IMG/VR virus record: IMGVR_UViG_3300035698_017437
Location: 32,001 to 96,000 of that record
Strand: one strand, 5' to 3'
Origin: a virus
DNA length: 64,000 bases
Shown: positions 41,548-51,748 of the stretch, one piece after another
Numbering within the stretch: the first letter of the stretch is position 1
Layout: every line of letters begins with the position of its first letter
The notes under the pieces: generated by a model
Database searches by the model: none
Seen by the model: only the letters and a program-made list of their open reading frames with translations
Told to the model about the DNA's origin: nothing
Program-made: the position numbers and the translations under genes

Positions 41548-41715
41548 ATGAGTGAATCAACCGAAGTAATGAAAGAATTATGTGAAGATTTTATCCTTGA
41601 ACTAGAAACCTGTGAGAAAACTAAAGCCAGTGGACAACGAGCAAGAAAGCTTTCAAATACCCTTACTAAGGCAATGAAAGATTTCCGAAAAGAAAACGTC
41701 GCAATCCATAAATAA
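41548..41715 (+). CDS. Histone-H1-like (Hc1-family) small protein
   Basis: Hand-translated 55 aa including KASGQRARKLSNTLTKAMKDFRK; GGAG RBS. Confidence 0.65.
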   Translation: MSESTEVMKELCEDFILELETCEKTKASGQRARKLSNTLTKAMKDFRKENVAIHK

Positions 41716-41723
41716 ACAACATT

Positions 41724-41760
41724 GAAAGCCTTAACTATACCAAGTTAAGGCTTTCCCCTT
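41724..41760 (+). terminator. Probable intrinsic terminator
   Basis: GAAAGCCTTAACT-ATACCA-AGTTAAGGCTTTC; weak U-tail. Confidence 0.55.
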
Positions 41761-41779
41761 AAGAGATATATATATATAT

Positions 41780-41953
41780 ATGGTAACTAATATAACCCTG
41801 TCCTGTACCTCCTGTATGGGAGAACTAAAGATCAATCATGAAATGGATCCTAAAAGATATTTAGTGGAATCTTGTCCCTTTTGCTCCAGCGAACATGTGG
41901 ATGTGGAGATTGAAGATGAAGATGATTATGATTGGAAATTTGTAGAAGACTAA
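41780..41953 (+). CDS. Small Zn-ribbon protein
   Basis: CTSC..CPFC with acidic tail (hand-translated). Confidence 0.55.
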   Translation: MVTNITLSCTSCMGELKINHEMDPKRYLVESCPFCSSEHVDVEIEDEDDYDWKFVED

Positions 41954-41976
41954 CCAAAATGAAATGAAAATAAGCG

Positions 41977-42048
41977 TTGACTTCTAATTCTATACATGTT
42001 ATAATAGTGTATACCGTAAAGGAGAAATACACATAATTCAAAATGGAG
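41977..42048 (+). promoter_or_regulatory. Early promoter cassette
   Basis: TTGACTTCTAATTCTATACATGTTATAAT...ATAATTCAAAATGGAG. Confidence 0.85.
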
Positions 42049-42912
42049 AACAAAATGAACGATAGAATTTCAAGTCAGAGGGATGTTGCTGTAAATCTTG
42101 TAAAATTAGCCATGAGAGAAGTTGCTGAATCTGAGAGTGATATACATTCTGGAAACGGAACGAAATCTTTCTGGTGGAATAATCCTTTGATTTGTTCTGC
42201 TCTTTTTATTGGTCAATCCGAAGGTTGGATTATTAGAACAAGTACAACTCAAGTTGAATGGACAGAAGAAGGTGTAAGGGAATACAACATATGAAAACTG
42301 ATATAAAATTGATCCACGAATCGTTAGAGTGGACTCAAGAAATAGCTGACCAGGGAATAATTATTCTGGCTAAGAATGCCACTGCCAATCATTTCAGATC
42401 TACAGGAAGAGTAATGACTGAAAAGGAATGCTTCAGATCCTCTAATATTTTCCTATCCTTTCTGACCAAATTCAACAACATAAAAGAGGAGTATGATCAA
42501 ACCTCATGAGTACAATTATTACATTATTTTTCATCATAACATTTTTGTTGATATTCAAGATTATTTCAGATGGAATAAAAATTCATAAATTATCTACTGA
42601 TATGAGAGCTTTGACTATTTCAAATTCTAGGGTTATAGGACAGATCGGAGTGATTGTTATGAAATATATACCTACGGATGATGGTTCCTATTTGGCAGAT
42701 TTTATGTTGAAAGAAGGATTCAAATTCAAAGATCCACTAACTGATGAACTTATTGGTACTACAAAGAATTGATTATTCATATTTCCTATTTGGCAGAAGC
42801 TTCCTAGTTTCTGCCAAACATCGTTTGTGGAGAGGAATGAAAATCCTTGAATCAGGTGAGGAGTTTTATATTGAATCCTTAATAAATATCATAAACAATA
42901 AGGAGATTCAAA

Positions 42913-43365
42913 TTGAAAACATATAAAAAATTTATCACAGAAGCCGCAAAAGTTGTAGGATTTGTAAAATTACCAAAAGAAAAAGAATCCACTTGTGATT
43001 CTTCAAAATTTATTTCAAAAAAACAGTTATCATCATTAGAATCAATATTGGATAAATTGTTTGCCAATTATAATATTGATGTTGATCTAATGAAGAAACA
43101 TTTCGGCCAACGTATTAATGATTGCCGGAATAAAGAACAAATAACAATTCCAGAATTGAAGAAAATATTCTCTTCTCTTCATAAAAAATTTGGTAAAGAA
43201 TTAAGTAACGCAAAAGATATGGAAGCTGTTCTTACAGATATTCAATCCAAAATCAATATTCCTTTTGTTCTGAAACTAGACAAGAAAGGCGAGTTTGACC
43301 TGGTGGCAAAAACCGTAATGAGAAAACCAAATTTCAAAACTCCAGATAAAAGATACAAAGTATAA
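42913..43365 (+). CDS. Putative virion-internal protein
   Basis: MKTYKKFITEA leader; HFGQRINDCRN..VAKTVMRK; AAGGAG RBS. Confidence 0.55.
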   Translation: MKTYKKFITEAAKVVGFVKLPKEKESTCDSSKFISKKQLSSLESILDKLFANYNIDVDLMKKHFGQRINDCRNKEQITIPELKKIFSSLHKKFGKELSNAKDMEAVLTDIQSKINIPFVLKLDKKGEFDLVAKTVMRKPNFKTPDKRYKV

Positions 43366-46223
43366 AATAAAGTAAAGAAAAGTGTTGACTTTCTCTGTGG
43401 GAAATGTTATAATTACATATACCAAATGAGAAAGACTAATTTAGATTGAGGCTTCAAAATGAATAGAGAAACACTTGAAAATCTTCTTTGCGAGTTATCC
43501 ACTTCTGCTATGTCCTCGGACCGATGGTTAGAGTTTTTTGGTATTATTTATAAAGCAGAAGTTGGTGGCATCGAAGTTGCTCCAATGATTTCGCCCATTA
43601 CCAATTACAATTATGAGAATTGGAAAAAACAAAAGGGGTATTTAGTATGAAAGATAAAGAATTTGCGGTTACCTATTATGATGAACAAGGAGAGATCCAT
43701 AGTCATTATGTGATGGGTGAGAATAAAATGGATGCTATGGATATATTTGACCAGAGGACAAATGGTAAATATATTATTGAGACTGTAAGAGAAACCTATC
43801 AAGGAAATTGATCATGAATATTTATATGCCCATTCTTATGTTTTGGATTTCAATATCAACAATTCTAATTTTGGTTGCGAGGAGCCTATGAAATTCAAAC
43901 GTCAAAGTACAACTAAAATCAAAAAGTATGAAGGTGAAACCTATATTTTCAAAAATGGTGTAGCAAAGGTTCCTAAAATGTTCCATAGACCTAGACGTCC
44001 TTATACTATTACTTTGAAAGAATTCGAGGAGTTTACAAATGTTTAATAGAGAAAGTGATGAAAGATTGTTGATTCAGTTTGTTGAAGATCAGGGTTTTGA
44101 TATTCCAGAATTAGTGGAAGCGGCTAGACGACTAAGTGTAGGTCTTGATGATGGACTACAAGATTATTCTGTTCCTTTTGATGAATCAGCCTCAACCGGT
44201 AAGGTGAGGAAAGGTATACAGTAGAAATATTTTATAGAACTGGAAACTCATTTGGTTCAGAAGAAAGAACAGAGAAAATAGGTTGTTGTTGGGAGTCTAA
44301 AGATTTAGCCAGAAAAGCCTTACAATCAATAAAGGAACATTATTCTCTGTTTGATAGTTGTGGTGATAAAATAAAAGATAAGAAACCAAGTGATTTTGAT
44401 TGGTTTGACAAGACTTATTCTTCACAGAGGATTCTAGTAGAACTAGATGATGGAACAAGAACTAAAATATCCGTTTTTTGGATTGGTTATTTTGAGGCAT
44501 TACTTTCAGCAAAAATAGTGGTTGATGAGGATGATGAGGATGATGAGGATTGTTTTGAAACGGGTATATATATTAAGGATTGACTTCTGATTCTATACAT
44601 GTTATAATAGTGTATACCAATATCTAATTCAAAATGGAGAATATGTCTATATGACCACATTATATATTGTAAAGGCTGAAGGTTCCTCCCAATGGGTAGA
44701 ATCCTATACAAATGGTCCTTACGCAAAAAAAGTAGCGAAAAAATTATCAAAGAAACATAAACCAATAAAGTATGTAGTTGAAAAGAGGAGATAAAAATGA
44801 AGAAAACTGTTGCCCTTTCCTGTCTAGTAGGATTATTCTTATTTTCCTGTGAAACTTGTCCAGCTGTTACCTGTAAAGTAATCAATGTATTTACTACTCA
44901 AACAGGTCAGGTTGTCGCTAAAGTTTCATGTGAAGATTATATTGGTGAACCAGGAACTTTGATCAAAGTCAGAAAAGCAAAGAAAGAACCTCAAATAGAA
45001 GGATGTTGATATGAGTTGGATGAAAAGTCCTATAGCTCACACATGGGAAGGTTGGAGAGGTATTGAAAAGTATAATAAACAAAATCATCCCTTTCAATAT
45101 TTCTTTAGAGAATCTATTCCTGATGTTTGTGAAACGTTCAAAAGTAGAGTAAACAATTTTTATTGGAATATTCAATATAGACTGAATCCAAATCATAGAT
45201 ATCATATGGTTCATACAGGATTCAAGCCTGGTTATTACGATATCCCTGAATTACTTTTAGCATCTTCATTTTCTCTGTTGGTCAGATATGTAGAGGATGA
45301 AAATGGTTTAGACTATATTGATGAATCTTCCTGTTTTGACGATGATGTGAATGATTTATATATTTGGTGGACAGAAGTATATCCTTCATATGAATCTCAA
45401 AGAGATGATTTATATGAATTATTCAAAGGTAATTCTGAAGATTTTTTTGGAGAAGATCCTAAGGAATACAAGGAATACAATAATAAATTATTCAACCGCA
45501 TAAATCATATGGAATCTTTATGGGATAATATTGCTGACTATCAATTGAGGAGATTGATAGGGTTAAGATTGAGACTTTGGACATAGTCATTATTTGATAG
45601 CTGAGGATAAAAAAGATACACATTATGGAATAAAGTGAATTTAGTTGTTGACAAGTGATCCTAAATATGTTATAATACGTCATACAGAAAAGAATAAAAC
45701 AAACATTCAAAATGGAGAACAAAATGAAAAACTGTGATATTAAAGTAGAAGATTTGACCTCAAGCCAAGTCTATTGTCTTGGTAGTGTTTCGTTTATTAC
45801 TCTTGATTATATTAGAAAAGTTTATGATGTAAAGAGCACTAGACGATTTGAAAAAAAGAAGATTACTATAAACATTATTGATTTTCTTGATTCCTCAACT
45901 ACCAACTCAGAGGAATCTTTACAAGATTTTATAAGCATTTTGATCAAGAAACTCCATGATGGATTCAGTATCATAAAATCAGATTCCGGGTATGATACGG
46001 ATATATTGATTGAAAAAGAATATGACTCTGAATATTTAGAAGATATTCTAAAAACGGAAATGAGATTACAGAAAAAAGTGAAAAAATTGATGGGTTCAAA
46101 ACTCAAAGATTATAAGGATTATGAGAAATACCTTGATTTGAAGAAAAGATTTGAAAATGAAGTTAGTTGTTGACTTTTCGTTCCAGAAATGATACATAGA
46201 ATAAATAAAGATAAAGTTTCTAA

Positions 46224-46297
46224 GCCGGTATAGCTAAGTGGTTAAGCGCAAGATTTGTATTCTTGAAACGGGGGTTCGATTCCCTCTACCGGCTCCA
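46224..46297 (+). tRNA. tRNA-Thr(UGU)
   Basis: GCCGGTA/TACCGGC acceptor, CAAGA-TTTGTAT-TCTTG, TTCGATT, CCA. Confidence 0.92.
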
Positions 46298-46341
46298 ATA
46301 ACGAGGAGCTCAAATCCGAACGGAGGCTCCAAAACAATTAT

Positions 46342-46417
46342 AGATCTGTAACTCAGTGGATAGAGTAGATGCCTTCTAAGCATTTTGTCGGGAGTTCAAA
46401 TCTCTCCAGGTCTACCA
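46342..46417 (+). tRNA. tRNA-Arg(UCU)
   Basis: AGATCTG/CAGGTCT, GATGC-CTTCTAA-GCATT, CCA. Confidence 0.92.
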
Positions 46418-46426
46418 AGGATTAGT

Positions 46427-47496
46427 ATGAGTAAATGTTTATTCTATATGGCTCGACCCATTTCAGGAGTAGATGGAATACGGATGCTTTCCCATCTAAA
46501 AATTCTTGAAACAACAGCAGATGAAGTTTTCCATTTATCAAACACAAAGACGAACAAAGGCAAGGAAGTAATTGAATTCCACAGTGGATTAAGAATATCA
46601 AAATCAATCAACTATTTTGGTGAAGTATATACCAACGAGTTGAAACATCTTGATTCTTGGATGAATGTTTATAATGCTCTTGATGTATCTCCTTTAAAGA
46701 TATATATGATAAACTATTCATAATGGGAGGTATATGTTTTAGAAGTTCAGGATTTTGTAGAGGTGGTAAACGAGAAGATTCATTTCCTAATGATAAAGGT
46801 CAAATAAAATTTATCAGTCAAGGAACTCATTTTGTAAATATTCTCGCAATATTGAAAGCCCATAGGGAGTATGGAATTCCACTTCACGAATACTCTTATG
46901 ATACTGATGAGTTGCCTTGTTCATCTTTTCATCCTGATGTGTCACCAAAATTGAATTATTATCTATATTATGGACATTCAATAAAAGATTACGATATATC
47001 CCGTTTGGATTGTCACCAATATTATATGAAGAATAATAGGAAGAATACTATATTTGATGATATTCCTGAAAAGGTTCATGATCTAACTAGTGGATATACA
47101 AACATAAACGATACAAGAAATAGATATTCAGTTGAGCTAGATGATTTAGCATCAAATTGTAAAACGTCTAATATATACATAAGAGATAAAATTCAAGGAA
47201 TAGATACATTTCTTGATAAAGATCAATATAATCGGATGATTTCAGAATCCAGGTTTACTTTTATATTTCCTGCCTATGATCTTCATGTAATATCTATTGA
47301 TAGGATGCTTGGAGCTATACACCGAGACTGTCTACCTCTATTCCATAGTGAATGTGTCTTGACGGATGTAGAGGAATCGTTCGGTGTTGATCTAAAATAC
47401 TTAGTTAGAACAAAACTCTTATCTGAAGAGGACCGGTTAAGATGGTTGAATATATTGAAAGAAAAGTTTACTGCCTTTCGAATAGGATTCAAATAA
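46427..47496 (+). pseudogene. GT-B-like glycosyltransferase split by a 2-nt frameshift
   Basis: Deleting one AT from ATATATAT (46700-46707) fuses both ORFs (..SPLKIYDKLFIMGG..); C-terminal YNRMISESRFTFIFPAYD..DRM..AI..CLPL. Confidence 0.55.
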
Positions 47497-47555
47497 GGTG
47501 TATTTATATGTTGACAAGTAATATCCAATATGTTATAATAGAGTATACAGAATGA

Positions 47556-47627
47556 AGACCCGTAGTTCAGCGGTAGAACCTCACCCTTTGAAGGTGATTG
47601 TCGGATGTTCAAATCATCCCGGGTCTG
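47556..47627 (+). tRNA. tRNA-Gln(UUG), no encoded CCA
   Basis: AGACCCG/CGGGTCT, TCACC-CTTTGAA-GGTGA; promoter at 47511. Confidence 0.88.
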
Positions 47628-47636
47628 AATATAATC

Positions 47637-47710
47637 GGGAGATTAGCTCAGTTGGTTAGAGCCGTGTTCTCATAAATCACAGGTCACTGGTTCAAATCCA
47701 GTATCTCCCA
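47637..47710 (+). tRNA. tRNA-Met/Ile2(CAU)
   Basis: GGGAGAT/ATCTCCC, loop CTCATAA; one mismatch in anticodon stem. Confidence 0.82.
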
Positions 47711-48162
47711 AAATACTTTAGTTTCTTCATCAAAGGAATATTATGAAAGCTTATGGAGTTCCTAGAATAAAAGACGCCGAATGTCCTGATAAAGCGGATA
47801 TCAAACGTTTCGGGTATTCATCAACTGATCGTTGTTCCAGAAAAGATAGAGGCAAAAATACATCAAGACGGATATGGAAGAAAAAGTTCAGAGCAGATCA
47901 AAAGAAATTATGTAATTACAAAGAATTCCTTTAGGAATCACAATTTAACCTAAAAAGGAACCAAATGTTACATAAAATGAAAGTTGTACTTGATAACACA
48001 TCTAGTCCAAAAGTTTATAAAAGAACTAGATGGACACATTATGAGGGATATAAATTTATTTGTTGTATGTGTAAACCTCATAGAGGATGTAACAGAAAAA
48101 GAAATCCAAGCCTATCTTGGAAAGATCAAAGCAAAAAAAGAAATTCATGGGAGAAATAGAAT

Positions 48163-49254
48163 ATGAGAAAGTTAGCAACAATCAGAAGAATTGAAAATAT
48201 CCTGCCTATTCAAGGAGCTGATAGGATTGAAGTAGCTTATATTGATGGTTGGGAATGTGTTATCAAAAAAGATCAATTCATAGTAGGTGATTTCTGTGTT
48301 TATTTTGAAATTGATTCTATGCTTGATAAAGATAATCCCGTTTTTGAATTTATGGCTCAACGAAAGTTTAGAGTAAGAACTATCAAACTGAGAAAACAGA
48401 TTTCTCAGGGACTTGCTCTTGCTCTTGAGGATTTCCCTGAATTGAAAAATCCTATAGTTGGTGATGATGTAACCTCTCTACTGAAGATCACTAAACATGA
48501 TCCTCATGCACAAAGAGAGCGAAATCAACAGGTTAGCACTAGGAAGAAGCCTCCATTGCGCTGGATGCTCCGATTTGGTGTAGGACGATATCTACATCAA
48601 AAGATTTGGAACAGAGCTTCAGGATCATGGCCCGGACTTTTTCCCAAAACCGATGAAGAAAGAATTCAAAATCTTTCTCTATATAATCTTGAAAGTATTC
48701 TCAAAGATGAAGTGGTTGTTACAGAGAAATTGGACGGACAATCAGTATCAATTTTCTATGATAGAAAAGCAAAAACGGGATTCTTCAAACGAGGAGTTTT
48801 TGGAGTATGCTCTAGGAATATTTGGTATAAAAACCAAGCAAATAATAATTGGTGGAATATAGCAATCAAAGAAAACCTCCAATTGACTCTTCCTGAATAT
48901 TGTAATCAAGAAAAGATGTCGCTTGTCATTCAAGGAGAAATAGTAGGAGAGGGAATTCAAAAGAATAGATATAATCTGAAAGGACAACATCTATATGTTT
49001 TTTCTGTATATGATATTGAAAATCAGAAATATATTGATCCAAAAGATGAGACTTTATCTTTGGGTTTGACAAGAGTTCCAGATCTAGGAACTTGCGTCTT
49101 AGAACCAAATAAAAAACTTATCCTTGAATTCGCTGAAGGTAAATCTGTAGTTGGATCTAAATCTCTTAGAGAAGGAATTGTTATTCGTTCTGAGAAAGAT
49201 CAATCCAAATCATTCAAAGCTATTTCTAATAAATGGCTTCTCAAAAATGAATAA
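48163..49254 (+). CDS. RNA ligase (Rnl2/DRB0094-like)
   Basis: RKLATIRRI..ADRIE, QISQGL, KTDEERIQN, EKLDGQS, QGEIVGEGIQKN, REGIV, FKAIS. Confidence 0.9.
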   Translation: MRKLATIRRIENILPIQGADRIEVAYIDGWECVIKKDQFIVGDFCVYFEIDSMLDKDNPVFEFMAQRKFRVRTIKLRKQISQGLALALEDFPELKNPIVGDDVTSLLKITKHDPHAQRERNQQVSTRKKPPLRWMLRFGVGRYLHQKIWNRASGSWPGLFPKTDEERIQNLSLYNLESILKDEVVVTEKLDGQSVSIFYDRKAKTGFFKRGVFGVCSRNIWYKNQANNNWWNIAIKENLQLTLPEYCNQEKMSLVIQGEIVGEGIQKNRYNLKGQHLYVFSVYDIENQKYIDPKDETLSLGLTRVPDLGTCVLEPNKKLILEFAEGKSVVGSKSLREGIVIRSEKDQSKSFKAISNKWLLKNE

Positions 49255-49541
49255 TGTGTATACAAAATAAGAAACATATAATTCAAAAGGAGAGAGATAT
49301 GAAATTTGTTATCGGAATGAACGGAGCACCAAAAGCACCAAAAACCAAAGAAGAAGAAAAGTCTATTGAAGAAAGTATGGGATTCTTCATTAAATTTATC
49401 GCTTGGAGTATTGTCGGTATTGCTCTTATTGGAGCATTTCTTGTTTGTGTAGCTGATGTACAAAGTGAAAGCAATGTAACAAAAACAGAAATAAGTGTTG
49501 ACAAATGATTCTAAATATGTTATAATTACATATACCAAATG

Positions 49542-49608
49542 AATAAGACTATAACAGTGAGTTAACCTTGTAAATGCCACCGTGCTCTAGGCACTGTTAT
49601 ATCTTGTT
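49542..49608 (+). ncRNA. Candidate small structured RNA
   Basis: TATAACAGTG (49550-59) / CACTGTTATA (49592-601); own promoter at 49498; no ORF. Confidence 0.4.
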
Positions 49609-49684
49609 TATATATACAAAATAAAATGAATTTAGTTGTTGACAAGTGATTCTAAATATGTTATAATTACATATATATCAAATT

Positions 49685-49792
49685 TTGTTGTGTTGTAAAA
49701 ACAAACCTCACACAGTATAAGCGGTGATAAGGTAGAGAATCGCCAAAGACATTATAGTCTTTGCTTGGAGAGAGCGATTTCCCACACAACAA
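49685..49792 (+). ncRNA. Candidate small structured RNA
   Basis: TTGTTGTGT/ACACAACAA closing stem, inner AATCGC/GCGATT and CAAAGAC/GTCTTTG; promoter at 49639. Confidence 0.45.
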
Positions 49793-49799
49793 TAAACAT

Positions 49800-49882
49800 G
49801 GAGAGTTATACCGTAGGGGTAGCGGGATAGACTGTAAATCTATTGTCCTTTGGCTCGGGTGGTTCGACTCCACCACTCTCCA
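49800..49882 (+). tRNA. tRNA-Tyr(GUA), no encoded CCA
   Basis: GGAGAGT/ACTCTCC, ATAGA-CTGTAAA-TCTAT, long variable arm. Confidence 0.9.
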
Positions 49883-49939
49883 CTTAAAATTAATTTAGTT
49901 GTTGACGAGAAATAGAAAATATGTTATGTTTCTTTATAA

Positions 49940-50107
49940 TAATATGCTTTCTGTGGTCGGGTAGTCCCGTATGAACGTGTAGGATTTATCAATAGAGTAA
50001 GATGATCATCCTCTATAATTTGATAGGCAGCCTTGCTTCAGAGGCAGATCTTGAATTCGCTAAGAAACGGTTCAATGATGATCTGCCCGCACACCGAAAG
50101 CATATTA
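49940..50107 (+). ncRNA. 6S-like rod-shaped RNA (candidate)
   Basis: 12-bp closing stem, CGGGTAG/CTGCCCG, central bubble with TTGAA..TTCAA hairpin, terminal TATCAA/TTGATA and ATAGAG/CTCTAT; promoter at 49902. Confidence 0.5.
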
Positions 50108-50111
50108 GTAT

Positions 50112-50186
50112 GACCATATAATCCAACGGTTAGGATACGAGGTTTTCATCCTCGTAATCGGAGTTCAATTCTCCGTATGGTCACCA
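50112..50186 (+). tRNA. tRNA-Glu(UUC)
   Basis: GACCATA/TATGGTC, CGAGG-TTTTCAT-CCTCG, CCA. Confidence 0.92.
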
Positions 50187-50197
50187 GATTGTAGATT

Positions 50198-50260
50198 AGA
50201 GATTTAGCTTATGTAAAGCGGGTATTTTGACAGATCTTGGTTCAACCCCAAGAATCTCCT
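50198..50260 (+). pseudogene. Degenerate tRNA lacking a proper anticodon arm
   Basis: GAGATT/AATCTC, D-arm GCTT/AAGC, T-arm CTTGG-TTCAACC-CCAAG. Confidence 0.45.
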
Positions 50261-50276
50261 TTCTACATACAATTAT

Positions 50277-50351
50277 TGCGGAGTAGAGTATTGGTAACTC
50301 TCTTGTCTCATAAGCAAGGATATGTTGGTTCAATTCCAACCTCCGCAACCA
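50277..50351 (+). tRNA. tRNA-Met(CAU)
   Basis: TGCGGAG/CTCCGCA, CTTGT-CTCATAA-GCAAG, CCA. Confidence 0.9.
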
Positions 50352-50361
50352 ATTTTTATAT

Positions 50362-50591
50362 CTCTCTATAGCTCAATAGGTAGAGCTTCTGAGGAATATT
50401 GAGTGTGAATTTTTGGGTTGCTCCTCAAATTCCTTCAATAATAATCAGAGCAAGTATTTCAATAATCCTACACTGGTCGGCAGATCATAACCTTGACCTC
50501 TTTTCTCTGGATAGCCATGGAACAAAGAGAAAAATTGTCATTGAAGTAGATTAGAGAAATCGTGAAGGTTCAAATCCTTCTAGAGAGACCA
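50362..50591 (+). ncRNA. 230-nt tRNA-like RNA with large internal insertion(s)
   Basis: Acceptor CTCTCTA/TAGAGAG-A-CCA, D-arm GCTC/GAGC, T-arm GAAGG-TTCAAAT-CCTTC; ~155 extra nt between D and T arms. Confidence 0.75.
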
Positions 50592-50606
50592 ATTAGTTTT
50601 AAATGC

Positions 50607-50694
50607 TCCCGCCTGACAGAGTGGTAATGTGCCTGGCTGTTAACCAGAGACCTAGAGTAATCTAGCGGTTGTTCGACCCAACCGGCGGGAGCCA
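50607..50694 (+). tRNA. tRNA-Asn(GUU) with long variable arm
   Basis: TCCCGCC/GGCGGGA, loop CTGTTAA, variable hairpin CTAGA-GTAA-TCTAG, CCA. Confidence 0.85.
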
Positions 50695-51019
50695 ATTGTC
50701 CCACTAACTTTTAGAGAGAATAGAATGACAAAACATTGGTGCGATGCTTGTGAAAGAGAGATAGTAGATAATAACTATAAGAATGTTGGAATACCTTGTC
50801 ATTTATATTCTATGAGTAGATCAGGAAATCTCCAGGGAGGGTATGTTGATAGGGAATTTCAACCAATATCAGGAAGAGATGATAATGTCCTTTTATGTCA
50901 TAAGTGTTTGAACAAAGGATGGTCGGCATTCTTGACTAAATTGGACTTAAATGGAGAGAAAAGGACAGAAACAGTTGAAACAGAGAGACTAAACGCCTTT
51001 ATTTATTAAGAGTATATGT

Positions 51020-51095
51020 GCGCTTGTAGTCCAACGGCAGAGACAACAGGTTTAAGCCCTGTCCAGTGAAGGTTCAAATCCTTCCAGGCGTACCA
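51020..51095 (+). tRNA. tRNA-Leu(UAA), short variable loop
   Basis: GCGCTTG/CAGGCGT, ACAGG-TTTAAGC-CCTGT, CCA. Confidence 0.88.
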
Positions 51096-51112
51096 AATAA
51101 TTATATTGACAA

Positions 51113-51199
51113 AGAAGATGCCGTCCGTTGGTGGACAGCTAGACTTGAAATCTGGTGGCGTGTTAGAAATAGCATGGGGTTCAACTCCCACATCTTCTT
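51113..51199 (+). tRNA. tRNA-Ser(UGA), no encoded CCA
   Basis: GAAGATG/CATCTTC, CTAGA-CTTGAAA-TCTGG, long variable arm. Confidence 0.8.
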
Positions 51200-51259
51200 C
51201 TTATAGAAAATAAATGTTGACAAATAAATGTTGACATATCATTTACAGGGAACTTTAAT

Positions 51260-51748
51260 ATGACGAATTTGCTTGAATTTATTCCTGAGGAACTTTTGGC
51301 TCCACATTCTATTGATGATAGATGGTATACTTCCAAATTTTATAATTTGAAGATTATGCCTTGTAGATCTATGGGTTGTAGGGGAGAAAAGATAGTTGAA
51401 TCAATATATTCCATTTTTGAAAGAGATGTATTGAAAGCATTGAATAAGGGACATGATAGACTAATTGATTCCAAGAAAGTTGAAATAAAAACCTCAATGG
51501 TAAGTAAAGGAAAGAAAGAGAAATATAGTTTCCTTCAAATCCGTCCTTCAGATGATTATGAAGTGATTATATTCTTTACTATCAATTATGATTCTTGTTC
51601 CTTTTATGAATTGACCAAAGAGGAAGTGCTGGAACGAATAGAGAATGGATTATTCAAACGTCAACATTTAGGAAAGAATGGAGATTCAGGCACCTTTTCA
51701 TATAATGGCACTATGGAGAATCTTGGTGCTAGGGAGATTGTTTTTTGA
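51260..51748 (+). CDS. Type II restriction-endonuclease-like protein
   Basis: GCRGEK..HDRLI..VEIKTS (D..ExK), FLQIRP..YE; overlaps MTase start. Confidence 0.6.
   Translation: MTNLLEFIPEELLAPHSIDDRWYTSKFYNLKIMPCRSMGCRGEKIVESIYSIFERDVLKALNKGHDRLIDSKKVEIKTSMVSKGKKEKYSFLQIRPSDDYEVIIFFTINYDSCSFYELTKEEVLERIENGLFKRQHLGKNGDSGTFSYNGTMENLGAREIVF

Noticed and set aside
50190-50272. YrlA-type Y RNA
   Set aside because: D and T arms are in normal rather than permuted order, and no Ro60 gene is in the window.
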